From: a virus
Virus record (IMG/VR): IMGVR_UViG_3300038393_001444
Coordinates: 1 to 64,000 of that record
DNA: 64,000 bases
Strand: one strand, 5' to 3'
The notes beneath the pieces were generated by a model that did no database searches, was not told where the DNA came from, and worked only from the letters and a program-made list of their open reading frames with translations. This document shows positions 8,001-15,998 of this stretch, one piece after another. The position numbers were made by a program, and so were the translations under genes. Each line of letters opens with the position of its first letter. Positions within the stretch are counted from its first letter, which is position 1.

Positions 8001-10384
8001 ATGGTCGCTGGCACAAGATGGGCGACGATCCGAAGGTGCTCGCTGCCAAGGCCAATTCCATCGGCATGCCGAAGCTCACCGGCACGGCATCGATCAAGCT
8101 GACCAAGGTAATGAAGGGCCTGAAGGAAATCGCCAAGGAAGGCGGCGAGAAGGGCCTGAAGCTGGCGGTGAAGGAAATTGGCTCTTCGATACAAGTGTCG
8201 GCCGGCGGCTACACATTCAAATTCAACAAGGATCTGTCCGGATCGGGCCCGAATGGCAAGGCCGCAGGCCAGTACATCATGAACCTGATGGCCGCCATGG
8301 AAGGAACGAGCGGCCCGGTCGCGCCGAAGGTGGTGGGCGCATCGTCCTACGATCCGGCCGCCGCCGGCGAAGCGGCTGCCGCGCAGGAAGCCGCCGACAT
8401 GCAGGCCAAGTCTGCCGGCAAGGGCACGGCCGCGCCGATCGCCGGCAACAAGACCGAAAAGCTGGGCAAGGTGTCGGTGATGATCGCCGATGGCTGGGAG
8501 CAGACGGGCCCGCAGGGCGGCTCCAATCCTGGCGGCCGCTTCAAGGATGCGAAAGGGCAGGAATGGTATATCAAGCTGCCCAGCGATCCGGATACCGTCA
8601 AGAATGAAATGCTGGCGGCGAAGTTCTACGAAATGCTCGGCGCGAAGGTGCCGCAGCTGCGGCTGGTCAAGAAGGACGGCAAGCTGGGCATCGCGTCGAA
8701 GTGGGTCGATGGCATCAAGAAGGGCAGCGCCGAGCAGCTGGCGGCCGCCGATGGTGCGCACTCCGGGCATGTGTTCGATGCGTGGCTGGCCAATTGGGAC
8801 GTGGTCGGCCTGTCCAACGACAACCTGATGCTGGACAAGGATGGCAAGGCGCTGCGCGTCGACGTGGGCGGCTCGCTGGTCTACCGCGCCATGGGGAGCA
8901 AGAAGGGCGCGGCCTTCGGCAACGAAGTCACCGAGCTCGAAACGCTGCTGGATCACGGCAAGAACAGCAAGAGCGCCGCCGTGTTCGCCGGCATTTCCAA
9001 GGCATCGATCGACGCTGGCGCGAAGCAGCTGGCGAAGATGCACCCGAGCCAGATCGATACCCTGGTCGATATGTTCGGCCCGGGCAGCGACGCGGAAAAA
9101 GCCGAGCTCGCGCAGAAGCTCAAGGCGCGCCGCGAATTCATCCTGAAGAAGCTGGGCGTCGATGATCCCTGGAACAAGCCGGCCCCGGATCTCTCGAAGC
9201 TGCCGGTCAATCCGGACGATATGCCGCCGCCGATCAACTTCAGCGACTACATGGGCAGCGGCAAGGGCCTGTCATCGAAGGAGCACATCAACAAGCAGAA
9301 CACGATCGATGATGCGAACCTGATCGCCTTCGCCAAGCAGGGCAACCTGAAGGCGCTGCAGGACTACCATTACGATGCCTACGACAAGGAAACGGGCAAG
9401 TTCATCGGCAAGAAGCCGATCGGCGAGCATCCGAACAAGGATATCAAGAACCATTGGGCGTCCCTGTGCGATCTGCTGACGTCGGTGGCGCACCCGCCGG
9501 TTGAGGGCCTGGATCTGCCGCCGATCGGTGGCGGCTCGATCGAGGAAGTCGCCGAGCAGGCCGGCTACTTCAAGCCGGGCGAGAACATCAAGACGATCTC
9601 TGCCGAAAAAGTCGTGGGCTTCTGGATGAAGCTGGGCCACGTCGGCGCGGAAGCGGTGGCGGATCTGATGCCGCAGAAGCCGCGCTTCCTGAAGGGCGAT
9701 TTCGTGACGAAGGCGAAGCAGTGGTACAAGGCCGCCAGCGAAACCACGAAGGCCCTGGTCAACTCGATTCAGGATTCCGGCCATTACAACCGCTTCTGGA
9801 ACAACGGCGACAAGCACATCAGCATCAGCTCCGGCGGCCATAAGTACAGCGGCGGCGCGCAGACGCTGGCCAGCCAGATCTATCAGGAAGCCTTCGAATT
9901 CGATGAAGGTGAGACGATCGGCCGCTGGATGAACCTGTCGGAAGGCATGAAGCAGCAGCTGCTCAAGGAAGGCCCGGGGCTGGTATTCCAGAACGCCGAT
10001 TCCATGTGCGCATCGATCTTCAAGGATTGGGGCGACAACGCCAAGTTCGGTTCCGGCGCATTCCTCAACATCAAGTTCGCCAAGGGCGCGAAGGCGATGG
10101 CCTCGCTGGGCTCCGGCCGCTTCAAGGGCACGGGCCAAGACAAGGATGGCAACTATATCCATTCGGGCGGCGGCGGCGAAATGGAAGTCACGACGCTCAT
10201 GGGGCAGCGGTTCGTGGTGCTGGGCATCAAGCAGGGCAATGCCTCGAGCCCGAACGGCATCACCCTGGATCTGCTGGCGCTGCCGCCGCATGAAGGCTAC
10301 GTGGCCGAGCTCGGACAGCAGGCCGCGATGGGCAAATCGCTGACGGATGGCGTGTTATTATTCTTGAAAAGCAAGGGAAACTGA
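5012..10384 (+). CDS. 1790-aa polyvalent protein: repeats and linkers, HipA/PI3-4K-like kinase domain, C-terminal VIP2/Alt-like ADP-ribosyltransferase domain
   Basis: GGSNPGG..WYIK..NEMLA..DAWLANWD..DN..RVDVG kinase pattern; R...SMCAS...LNIKFAKGAKA...EMEV...GQRFVV ART pattern. Confidence 0.75.
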   Translation: MLDLSAGLSGPILFLKATQKKQVFIPAFVRADGTPVAGHYKSVHVTDDHDDHKVAHGQGSHSQKIAHAKLAQHDWFHALPTEHKAAIVMAHATDHQDMDSANARASTLKKKILAGEKPTPSEWRAWGYVEADKRQKLYDEITEAGQGPFFQSAMDADAVAKGVEARKERLEHQPAAPADVKAAEQPKEEPKAEEKQPEPAAAPEAPKAEDKPAAPAQEPAKAAAGGEHADFLAKLHAAALPPENVNASSFNLKLKLIQQAFEIGDAKTLLGMSYGTNTYGKKAAKLVNEALAVLGHEHKVEPGQKAGAHPALAGDLSPKAEKEPPKDEPKPAEPAPAPQAAESAQPEKAEAAAEPAPAAEPVAEAPAASETGNPVLADSQANGTLAMPEFEEGKEKAGVKDYYEKVAQKIIDHASAGNVAVLEDMKDAGLKPNKNGKVGNTWKGKTGNSKKLLELYDAALAHAKGEGAAAAPAAPAAVDDGPKEGDTKTAADGGTLVLKDGHWIKQEEPQAAAAPGPHDELLGQAKAAGFEVKVSGIHGVVLANGSGIMKMYANKTQAENAVQNLKQSGFDAHVIGQHPFAVKITGKAAEPAPVLDAPAAATDKAAKHYVLDAENAAAKKGLVGQAMTAHVYEAAKQWLDAHPGKLEELNAGLDALGYAKFPEPAAAAAPAAPVPLTDAEIGDKPSGVNTDFFNSAKKAALAGDLAGLKKLAQTALDESYPNTANHLQGMAAALEAKQGGAQPAGVDEKAEQAAITMGEKMAADGELADLAELIQNTKGTVSDIAHKYLQKLLGDAKDKLAAEAAAAAGKEPPKPTVAPSLQSIVDDAKWAYDNGEHQTLSDIADYVKDLDTSADAPKIQQYVAALQGLQKPARHEKPAAQLAPEAAPAAPAAKPSITLADLPSIPVLNLQKNKDLAEHMQQLALAGDLAGIQALQQTDKVKNIGKLSGYSYQLTQALMQKGIVTPVPGADAAPAADQGPKDGDTKQGANGMLVFKDGRWHKMGDDPKVLAAKANSIGMPKLTGTASIKLTKVMKGLKEIAKEGGEKGLKLAVKEIGSSIQVSAGGYTFKFNKDLSGSGPNGKAAGQYIMNLMAAMEGTSGPVAPKVVGASSYDPAAAGEAAAAQEAADMQAKSAGKGTAAPIAGNKTEKLGKVSVMIADGWEQTGPQGGSNPGGRFKDAKGQEWYIKLPSDPDTVKNEMLAAKFYEMLGAKVPQLRLVKKDGKLGIASKWVDGIKKGSAEQLAAADGAHSGHVFDAWLANWDVVGLSNDNLMLDKDGKALRVDVGGSLVYRAMGSKKGAAFGNEVTELETLLDHGKNSKSAAVFAGISKASIDAGAKQLAKMHPSQIDTLVDMFGPGSDAEKAELAQKLKARREFILKKLGVDDPWNKPAPDLSKLPVNPDDMPPPINFSDYMGSGKGLSSKEHINKQNTIDDANLIAFAKQGNLKALQDYHYDAYDKETGKFIGKKPIGEHPNKDIKNHWASLCDLLTSVAHPPVEGLDLPPIGGGSIEEVAEQAGYFKPGENIKTISAEKVVGFWMKLGHVGAEAVADLMPQKPRFLKGDFVTKAKQWYKAASETTKALVNSIQDSGHYNRFWNNGDKHISISSGGHKYSGGAQTLASQIYQEAFEFDEGETIGRWMNLSEGMKQQLLKEGPGLVFQNADSMCASIFKDWGDNAKFGSGAFLNIKFAKGAKAMASLGSGRFKGTGQDKDGNYIHSGGGGEMEVTTLMGQRFVVLGIKQGNASSPNGITLDLLALPPHEGYVAELGQQAAMGKSLTDGVLLFLKSKGN

Positions 10385-10386
10385 TC

Positions 10387-10884
10387 ATGGAACAGCAGCA
10401 CAACATGCCGGAAAAGCTCACCGAAATGCCGCCATCGTTCGGCGCGCAGCTGGGCGGCAACTATCTCGGCAGCCCGACCGTGGTCAGCGGCATCCTCGAG
10501 CGCTTCATCACCGAGATCGTGCAGTGGGTGAAGGAGCGCCATGAGGGCGTTCTTTCCGCCCATGAAATGACGGCGCAAGCCTACGAGCGCAGCAAGGAAT
10601 TCGCGCGGATCTTTTCCGGCGAAGATCCTGGCTACATGCCGATCGTCGGCTGGAATTCGCGCGTGGGCGGCCTGCAGGAGTACCTGAAAACGGATCTCGG
10701 CCATTACTGGCAGTCGCAGCGCGCCTCGCACGGCGACGATCCCTATGCGGTGTTCTATGGCTGGCTGCTGTGGGCGGTGGTGGATGCCTTCAGCAAGTCC
10801 GAGGATGATGACCTTGTGAACGCCACGATGGCCGCGCGCATCCAGCAGGCGATCCGGCTGCTCACGGGCACGAACCGCCGCTGA
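10387..10884 (+). CDS. hypothetical helical protein, candidate partner or inhibitor of the upstream enzyme
   Basis: Starts 2 nt after the upstream stop; typical codon usage. Confidence 0.7.
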   Translation: MEQQHNMPEKLTEMPPSFGAQLGGNYLGSPTVVSGILERFITEIVQWVKERHEGVLSAHEMTAQAYERSKEFARIFSGEDPGYMPIVGWNSRVGGLQEYLKTDLGHYWQSQRASHGDDPYAVFYGWLLWAVVDAFSKSEDDDLVNATMAARIQQAIRLLTGTNRR

Positions 10885-10899
10885 TCGTGACTGTAGGCT
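10885..10899 (+). promoter_or_regulatory. putative late promoter TCGTGACTGTAGGCT
   Basis: Consensus match, intergenic. Confidence 0.75.
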
Positions 10900-10929
10900 C
10901 CTGGGTGATCGATCATTCAGGGGCCGTCC

Positions 10930-11928
10930 GTGCTGCTACTCTTCAAATCCCACGTCAAGGGCTATACGCGCGCCGATGGCACGTATGTGCCGCCGCATGA
11001 AACCAAGGTAGTCAAGAAAGCGCCCGCGCCGCAGAAGGCGCTGTTCGATCACAAGGCCCCGCTGCCGGCGGAAGCCTATGCCGGCAAGGATCTGCCTGCC
11101 GCCGCCGCGCCGAAGAGCGTGGCATCCGCGCACATGGAGCAGATCAAGAGCGCGCTGCAGCAGCCCAAGGCGAAGAAGTGGGTGAACTCCCTGCACTCCG
11201 GCAAGCAATTCGGCAAGGACAGCGCCGGCGAGAGCAAGGGCGCGTATCAGGGCGGCCTGTTCGGTGGCCACAAGGGCTACGAAAAGGAAAAGCCGCACTA
11301 CCCGAACGCGATCACGCATCCGCAGGCCGGCGACAAGGGCGAGCCGATCCAGATCAACGAGCCGAGCAAGCCATCCCTGGCCGAAACCTGGGAAGATCCG
11401 GACGCCACGGCCACGTTCGTGCCGGGCTCGGCGGTGCCGCGCGAGCTCAACGGCGTGGCCATGCAGACGTGGGCCGATGCGCCGACCACGGATATCGAGT
11501 GGAACAATGTGCCCGGGCAGGACATGGATCTGGAAGAGCCGGAGTTCATCCTGCCCAAGGGCAAGAAAGCCGCCGCCGGCGTGATCATCGAAGAGCCGGA
11601 CGGCCGCGTGTGGCTGCTGCGCCCGACCAATGGCTTCGGCGGCTACGACGCCACGTTCCCGAAGGGCCGCATCGATCCCGGCATCGGCATGCAGGCCAGC
11701 GCCATCAAGGAAGCTTTCGAGGAAACCGGGCTGCAGGTGGAGATCACCGGGTTCGTGTGCGATATCGAGCGCAGCGTCACGATGGCCCGCTTCTACCGCG
11801 CGCGCCGCGTCGGCGGAACGCCGAAGGACATGGGCTGGGAAGCGCAGGCGGTGCAGCTGGTGCCCAAGGATGAACTGCATCAGGTGCTCAACACGGAAGT
11901 GGACCGGCATATCGCCAAGCAGGCATGA
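10930..11928 (+). CDS. Nudix hydrolase with long N-terminal extension
   Basis: FPKGRIDPGIGMQASAIKEAFEETGL Nudix box variant; AAAGVII beta-1 strand. Confidence 0.85.
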   Translation: MLLLFKSHVKGYTRADGTYVPPHETKVVKKAPAPQKALFDHKAPLPAEAYAGKDLPAAAAPKSVASAHMEQIKSALQQPKAKKWVNSLHSGKQFGKDSAGESKGAYQGGLFGGHKGYEKEKPHYPNAITHPQAGDKGEPIQINEPSKPSLAETWEDPDATATFVPGSAVPRELNGVAMQTWADAPTTDIEWNNVPGQDMDLEEPEFILPKGKKAAAGVIIEEPDGRVWLLRPTNGFGGYDATFPKGRIDPGIGMQASAIKEAFEETGLQVEITGFVCDIERSVTMARFYRARRVGGTPKDMGWEAQAVQLVPKDELHQVLNTEVDRHIAKQA

Positions 11929-11930
11929 AT

Positions 11931-11945
11931 TCACGCAAAGCGTGA
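11931..11945. promoter_or_regulatory. palindromic operator TCACGCaaaGCGTGA
   Basis: Perfect 6-3-6 palindrome; one of five related sites. Confidence 0.65.
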
Positions 11946-11953
11946 TAAAAGAC

Positions 11954-11983
11954 TTGCATTGATATAACTCCATGCGTTATTCT
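11954..11983 (+). promoter_or_regulatory. sigma70-type promoter TTGCAT-18-TATTCT containing operator TAACTCcatGCGTTA (11965-11979)
   Basis: AT-rich island; -35/-10 match; operator copy in the spacer. Confidence 0.65.
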
Positions 11984-12017
11984 TTGCTCCATACCAACCA
12001 ACCGGAGCAAAAACAGC

Positions 12018-12470
12018 ATGTGGATCTCTTTCAATACCGCCTTCCTTTCCATCGTAGAACCGCGCGCCATCGATCTCGTCCCGGGTGAGGGCGATGTGCT
12101 GCTGGTGCGCGCCAGGGTGCGCGGCCATATCGAATCGGTGTTCCCGAACGCGCAGGTGCTGCGCCGCCCGGGCCGCGATTACCTGTACCGCGCCTTCATC
12201 GATCGCGCCACGGTCGCGCAAGTGGTCATGGGCAAGGTGCTCGGCATCCACTACCCGAACTTCAAGGATTCGGTGAAGGATGATGAACTGCACGATGCCT
12301 ACGCCGGCGTCTGGCGCGTCATGTCGCACCTGCAGAAGGTGCGCCCGTATGGCGATGACTCGGCCGCTGCGCGCCGCGCCGAGGATGAGCGCGCCGGTGT
12401 CAAGGGCTTCGCTGCCAAGAAAAAGCCGGCCCGCGCCAAGCGCACGGGCGATCTGTTCGCGGGAGCCTGA
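12018..12470 (+). CDS. hypothetical phage protein (MWI...FLSIV...DYLYRA...YPNFK)
   Basis: GGAG SD; first gene after the promoter. Confidence 0.75.
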   Translation: MWISFNTAFLSIVEPRAIDLVPGEGDVLLVRARVRGHIESVFPNAQVLRRPGRDYLYRAFIDRATVAQVVMGKVLGIHYPNFKDSVKDDELHDAYAGVWRVMSHLQKVRPYGDDSAAARRAEDERAGVKGFAAKKKPARAKRTGDLFAGA

Positions 12471-12472
12471 TC

Positions 12473-12844
12473 ATGGCGACCGTGCAAACCAAGGATCTGT
12501 CGGGGCCGGCGCTGAATTGGGCGGCGGCGAAGGCGGAAGGCCACGCCGATCTCGTGTTCCATCCGAGCACGGGGTCGGTGACTAGAGCGATGCCGAATGG
12601 AATGGTGCTGGTTTTCAGCTATGCCGATAGCTGGATGCATGCCGGCCCGCTCATCGAGCGCGAGCGCATCGATGTGATCAGCGATCCGAACGGTACGGCC
12701 GGCTGGATGGGGCGCAACTATCTGCAGGGGCATGAGGTCCGCTTTTTCGGCCCGACGCCGCTGGTGGCCGCGATGCGCTGCTACGTGGCCTGCAAGCTGG
12801 GCCAGCAAGTCGAAGTGCCCGATGAACTGATGAAGGGGGAATGA
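12473..12844 (+). CDS. NinX-like/DUF2591 family protein
   Basis: DLSGPALNWAAAKAEG...W..AGPLIERERI...GPTPLVAAMRCYV. Confidence 0.75.
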   Translation: MATVQTKDLSGPALNWAAAKAEGHADLVFHPSTGSVTRAMPNGMVLVFSYADSWMHAGPLIERERIDVISDPNGTAGWMGRNYLQGHEVRFFGPTPLVAAMRCYVACKLGQQVEVPDELMKGE

Positions 12845-13095
12845 TGCTGTGGAATAACCGCAAAGAGCGCGCCGTGACCGTGACGCACAAGCCCACGGGC
12901 GTCGCCGCAACGGTGGACTGCGATCGCTCGCAGCATCGCAATCGCATCAAGGCCATGGCGCTGCTGCGCGCCCGGCTGTATGCGCAGCGCGAGCTCGGCG
13001 CGCGGCCAGTGATGGGCGACCATCCGGTGCGCGTCTACCGGCTGCCGGATGACGTGGGCCCGTATCCGAACGATCTGATGGAGTATGCGCGATGA
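12841..13095 (+). CDS. class I peptide release factor domain fragment lacking GGQ
   Basis: AVTVTHKPTGV...DRSQHRNRIKAMALLRARLY resembles the RF1/RF2 segment AVRITHxPTGI...ERSQHxNxxxAxxxLxARL. Confidence 0.75.
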   Translation: MMLWNNRKERAVTVTHKPTGVAATVDCDRSQHRNRIKAMALLRARLYAQRELGARPVMGDHPVRVYRLPDDVGPYPNDLMEYAR

Positions 13096-13277
13096 ACGAA
13101 TACCGCCTGCTGGTTACCACGACCACGAACCGCATGAACTCTGGCGCTCATGCCGATGTTCAGGTGATCGCCTTCGAGAGCCTGGGCGCTGCTGAAGAGG
13201 TCTATAACCGCCTGCGGCATCGCAGCCACTCCCACTTCGACCGCACGATCGAACGGCTCTATCCCGAGCCAGACTGA
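13092..13277 (+). CDS. hypothetical protein
   Basis: ATGA overlap, GGAG SD, followed by a terminator. Confidence 0.6.
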   Translation: MNEYRLLVTTTTNRMNSGAHADVQVIAFESLGAAEEVYNRLRHRSHSHFDRTIERLYPEPD

Positions 13278-13293
13278 CGCGCGCCGCCCCACG

Positions 13294-13319
13294 AAAGCCC
13301 GGTATTCCCGGGCTTTTTT
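13294..13319 (+). terminator. Rho-independent terminator
   Basis: AAAGCCCGG-tattc-CCGGGC-TTTTTT. Confidence 0.85.
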
Positions 13320-13323
13320 GCTT

Positions 13324-13338
13324 TCGTGACGGCATGCT
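13324..13338 (+). promoter_or_regulatory. putative late promoter TCGTGACGGCATGCT
   Basis: Consensus match immediately after the terminator. Confidence 0.75.
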
Positions 13339-13373
13339 GCGGGCTGTTTCCAGTGGCCCGAGAGGTTCCCGCA

Positions 13374-15998
13374 GTGTCCGAGATCCGCATTTCCCTGCCT
13401 GTCCTATTCCCCGAGCAAGACGCCATCGCCGCGCAGCCGACGCGCTTCACCACGATCGCCGGCGGCCAGTTCTCCGGCAAATCCACGCTGGCGATCGATC
13501 TGGCAATCATGTCGCCGAACGGCGCGCTGCATGGCAATCCGGTGGCGCTGTGCCTGCCCGACGAGGCGGCTGTCCTGAAGGCCAAGCGCCGCGTGGCAAA
13601 CCTGCTGCAGCCGCTGATCGTCGGCCGCATGGACCGGCCGCGCCTGGATCTGTCCACGGGCGGCAGCATCCTGTTCGTGGCCATGGATGCGGAAACGCTG
13701 TCGCTGTGGGATCAGGTGGCGCTGGTGGTGATCGATGATGCGCACAAGATGCCGCGTGTCTATGATGACTGGATGGACGTGCTGAAACCGATGCTCGCGC
13801 GCCGGCGCGGCCGCGCGTTCATCTTCGGCAAGCCGCAGGGCGTCCGGAATGGCTTTTACAAGATCTTCGCCGAGGCCGAGCGCGACGCCGATTACGGCAG
13901 CCTGCATCTGGCCACGGCGAGCAATCCGCACTTCCCAGCCGAGCGCCTGCAGAAGGCGCGCGAAGAGCTCACCGAGGACACGTTCGCGCAGGAATACGAG
14001 GGCCTGTTCATCGATGCGCCGATCGAGCTCTCGGTGTCGCAAACGATCATCGGCCGCGACGAGACCTTCCGCCAGTGGTGCCAGCGGCTGGCCGAAGATG
14101 GCCTGCTGGTCGACGGCCATCCGTTCACCTTCGAGGACCGGCCGGCGATGTGGTTCCTGTACGATCAGATCCCCAGCACGATCGAGGAAGCCTACGAAAA
14201 AGTCGTGGTGCTGATGAAGTGCACTCAGGTCGGCTTCACGGTGGCCGAGATCCTGGCCATGATCTACCTGTCGCTGAAATTCATGCCGATCACGGTGGGC
14301 ATGTACCTGCCGAACCGGGATCTGGCCAGCATCAAGTCAAGCGACCGCTTCATGCCGATTCTGCGCACGATCCCGGCCGCCTATGTGCTGCTGACCGGCG
14401 AGGACGAGAGCGGCAAGAAGGGCAAGGGCGAGGGCAATATCATGCGCCGCAATGTCGGCGGCTCGAAGTTCTATTTCCTGTGGACTTCCGGCAAGGGCGC
14501 AACCGAATCGGTGCCGATGGACGTGATCTCCCTGGACGAAGTGCAGGAAATGGCCAAGGCCGATATCGAAAAGGTGGCCGAGCGTATGAGCGCATCGCGG
14601 CTGCGCTTCACGCTGGCCGGCTCCACGGCGAACGATCTCGATGAAGATATTCATTGGATGTGGAAGCGCGGCACGAAGCATCAATTCCATACCCGGTGCC
14701 CCAGCTGCGGCAAGGGCAGCGTGTTGGACGAGTATTTCCCCGACTGCATCCGCTTAAATCCGATCGCCAAGCTGTTGCGTGGCAAGCCGCAGGCCGATTA
14801 TCAATACGTCTGCCGGCACTGCGATGGCTGGATCACGAACCCGCAGGACGGCGAGTGGATCGCGCAAGATCCCGAGGCCGAGACGATATCGATCCACTAT
14901 CCGCAAATGCTCTCGCCCACGATCACGGCGCGCCAGATCATCACGAAGTATCACAGCGCGGACGATATGAAGAACTTCTTCAATCGCGTCCTGGGCAAGC
15001 CGTACACCGATCCTTCGCAGGTGCCGGTGAACCTGGAAATGCTCGAGGAATGCGCGCGCATCGGCATGGGCCTGGGCGTGAAGTGGAAAACGCGCGCGGC
15101 CAACACCTACATGGGCATCGACCAAATGGGCAGCTTCAACGTGGCCCTGATCGCCGAGCGGCTGCCGTCCGGCCACATGGCGATCATTCACGCCGAAGTC
15201 ATCCTGGCCAAGCCCACGCCGGACAATCCCGACGTGAGCCCGTTCGATCGCTGCGGCGATCTCATGGAGCTCTACGGGGTGCAGGTGTGCGTGGTCGAGA
15301 CGCTGCCGAACTACAACGACGCCAAGCGCTTCGCCGCGAAATTCCCGGGGCGCGTGTTCCTGGCCGGCTATGCCGAGCTCAAGGAATCGATGCTGATGTG
15401 GGGCGACTCGGTGCCGTCCAAGCAGGAGCGCAAGACCGCCGAAGCCGATCAGGACCGCTACACGGTCACGCTGGATCAGTACAAGGTGATGCAGGTGGCG
15501 CTCAAGCGCATTCAGGAGCGCGCGACGGTGTTCCCCGATCCCGACGAGCTCACGCAAGAAGTGCTGTCCGAGGATACGCGCGGCGATCGGGTGGTCAAGC
15601 GGGTGCTGCGCGATATCATTTTCTTCCACTTCACGCGCACCGCCCTGGTGGCGATGAAGGATGAAGAGCAGCACAAGTACAAGCGCAAGGTGATCAAAGT
15701 GGGCATCGATCCCCACTTCTCCTATGCCTACATGCTGCTGTATGTGGCCTGGGCGCGCGCGCATGGCACGACCACCTTCCTGTTCCCCGACGAGGCAGAA
15801 GAGCCGGAGCTTGTCGAGCGCCCCGGCGCGGTGGTCAATTCGAAGGTGATCCAGATCGTGCGCGAGCAGACCGCCGCGATCGGCGTGGATACCTGCGGCG
15901 ATTGCGCGAACCAGCTGGGCGGCTACTGCGGCGAGCGGTTCGTCAACGTGAAAGACGCCGATCCGGCCTGCGATCTGTTCCTACGGGCCGAAGTCTAG
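13374..15998 (+). CDS. terL: terminase large subunit (lambda gpA-like) with an extra N-terminal terminase-type ATPase domain
   Basis: GGQFSGKST/VVIDDA/FGKPQG, then KCTQVGFT/ISLDEV/AGST, CxxC pairs, MGIDQ nuclease; start set at GTG 13374 (GAGG SD). Confidence 0.85.
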   Translation: MSEIRISLPVLFPEQDAIAAQPTRFTTIAGGQFSGKSTLAIDLAIMSPNGALHGNPVALCLPDEAAVLKAKRRVANLLQPLIVGRMDRPRLDLSTGGSILFVAMDAETLSLWDQVALVVIDDAHKMPRVYDDWMDVLKPMLARRRGRAFIFGKPQGVRNGFYKIFAEAERDADYGSLHLATASNPHFPAERLQKAREELTEDTFAQEYEGLFIDAPIELSVSQTIIGRDETFRQWCQRLAEDGLLVDGHPFTFEDRPAMWFLYDQIPSTIEEAYEKVVVLMKCTQVGFTVAEILAMIYLSLKFMPITVGMYLPNRDLASIKSSDRFMPILRTIPAAYVLLTGEDESGKKGKGEGNIMRRNVGGSKFYFLWTSGKGATESVPMDVISLDEVQEMAKADIEKVAERMSASRLRFTLAGSTANDLDEDIHWMWKRGTKHQFHTRCPSCGKGSVLDEYFPDCIRLNPIAKLLRGKPQADYQYVCRHCDGWITNPQDGEWIAQDPEAETISIHYPQMLSPTITARQIITKYHSADDMKNFFNRVLGKPYTDPSQVPVNLEMLEECARIGMGLGVKWKTRAANTYMGIDQMGSFNVALIAERLPSGHMAIIHAEVILAKPTPDNPDVSPFDRCGDLMELYGVQVCVVETLPNYNDAKRFAAKFPGRVFLAGYAELKESMLMWGDSVPSKQERKTAEADQDRYTVTLDQYKVMQVALKRIQERATVFPDPDELTQEVLSEDTRGDRVVKRVLRDIIFFHFTRTALVAMKDEEQHKYKRKVIKVGIDPHFSYAYMLLYVAWARAHGTTTFLFPDEAEEPELVERPGAVVNSKVIQIVREQTAAIGVDTCGDCANQLGGYCGERFVNVKDADPACDLFLRAEV

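Noticed and set aside
4913-9043. 1376-aa minus-strand ORF
   Set aside because: Antisense shadow of the 1790-aa gene; high-GC codon bias suppresses stops; no motifs, SD or promoter.
13326-13373. ORF-track starts for terminase, and likewise portal (23617) and protease (32867)
   Set aside because: They begin inside or upstream of the promoter motif; downstream starts fit SD or leaderless geometry.
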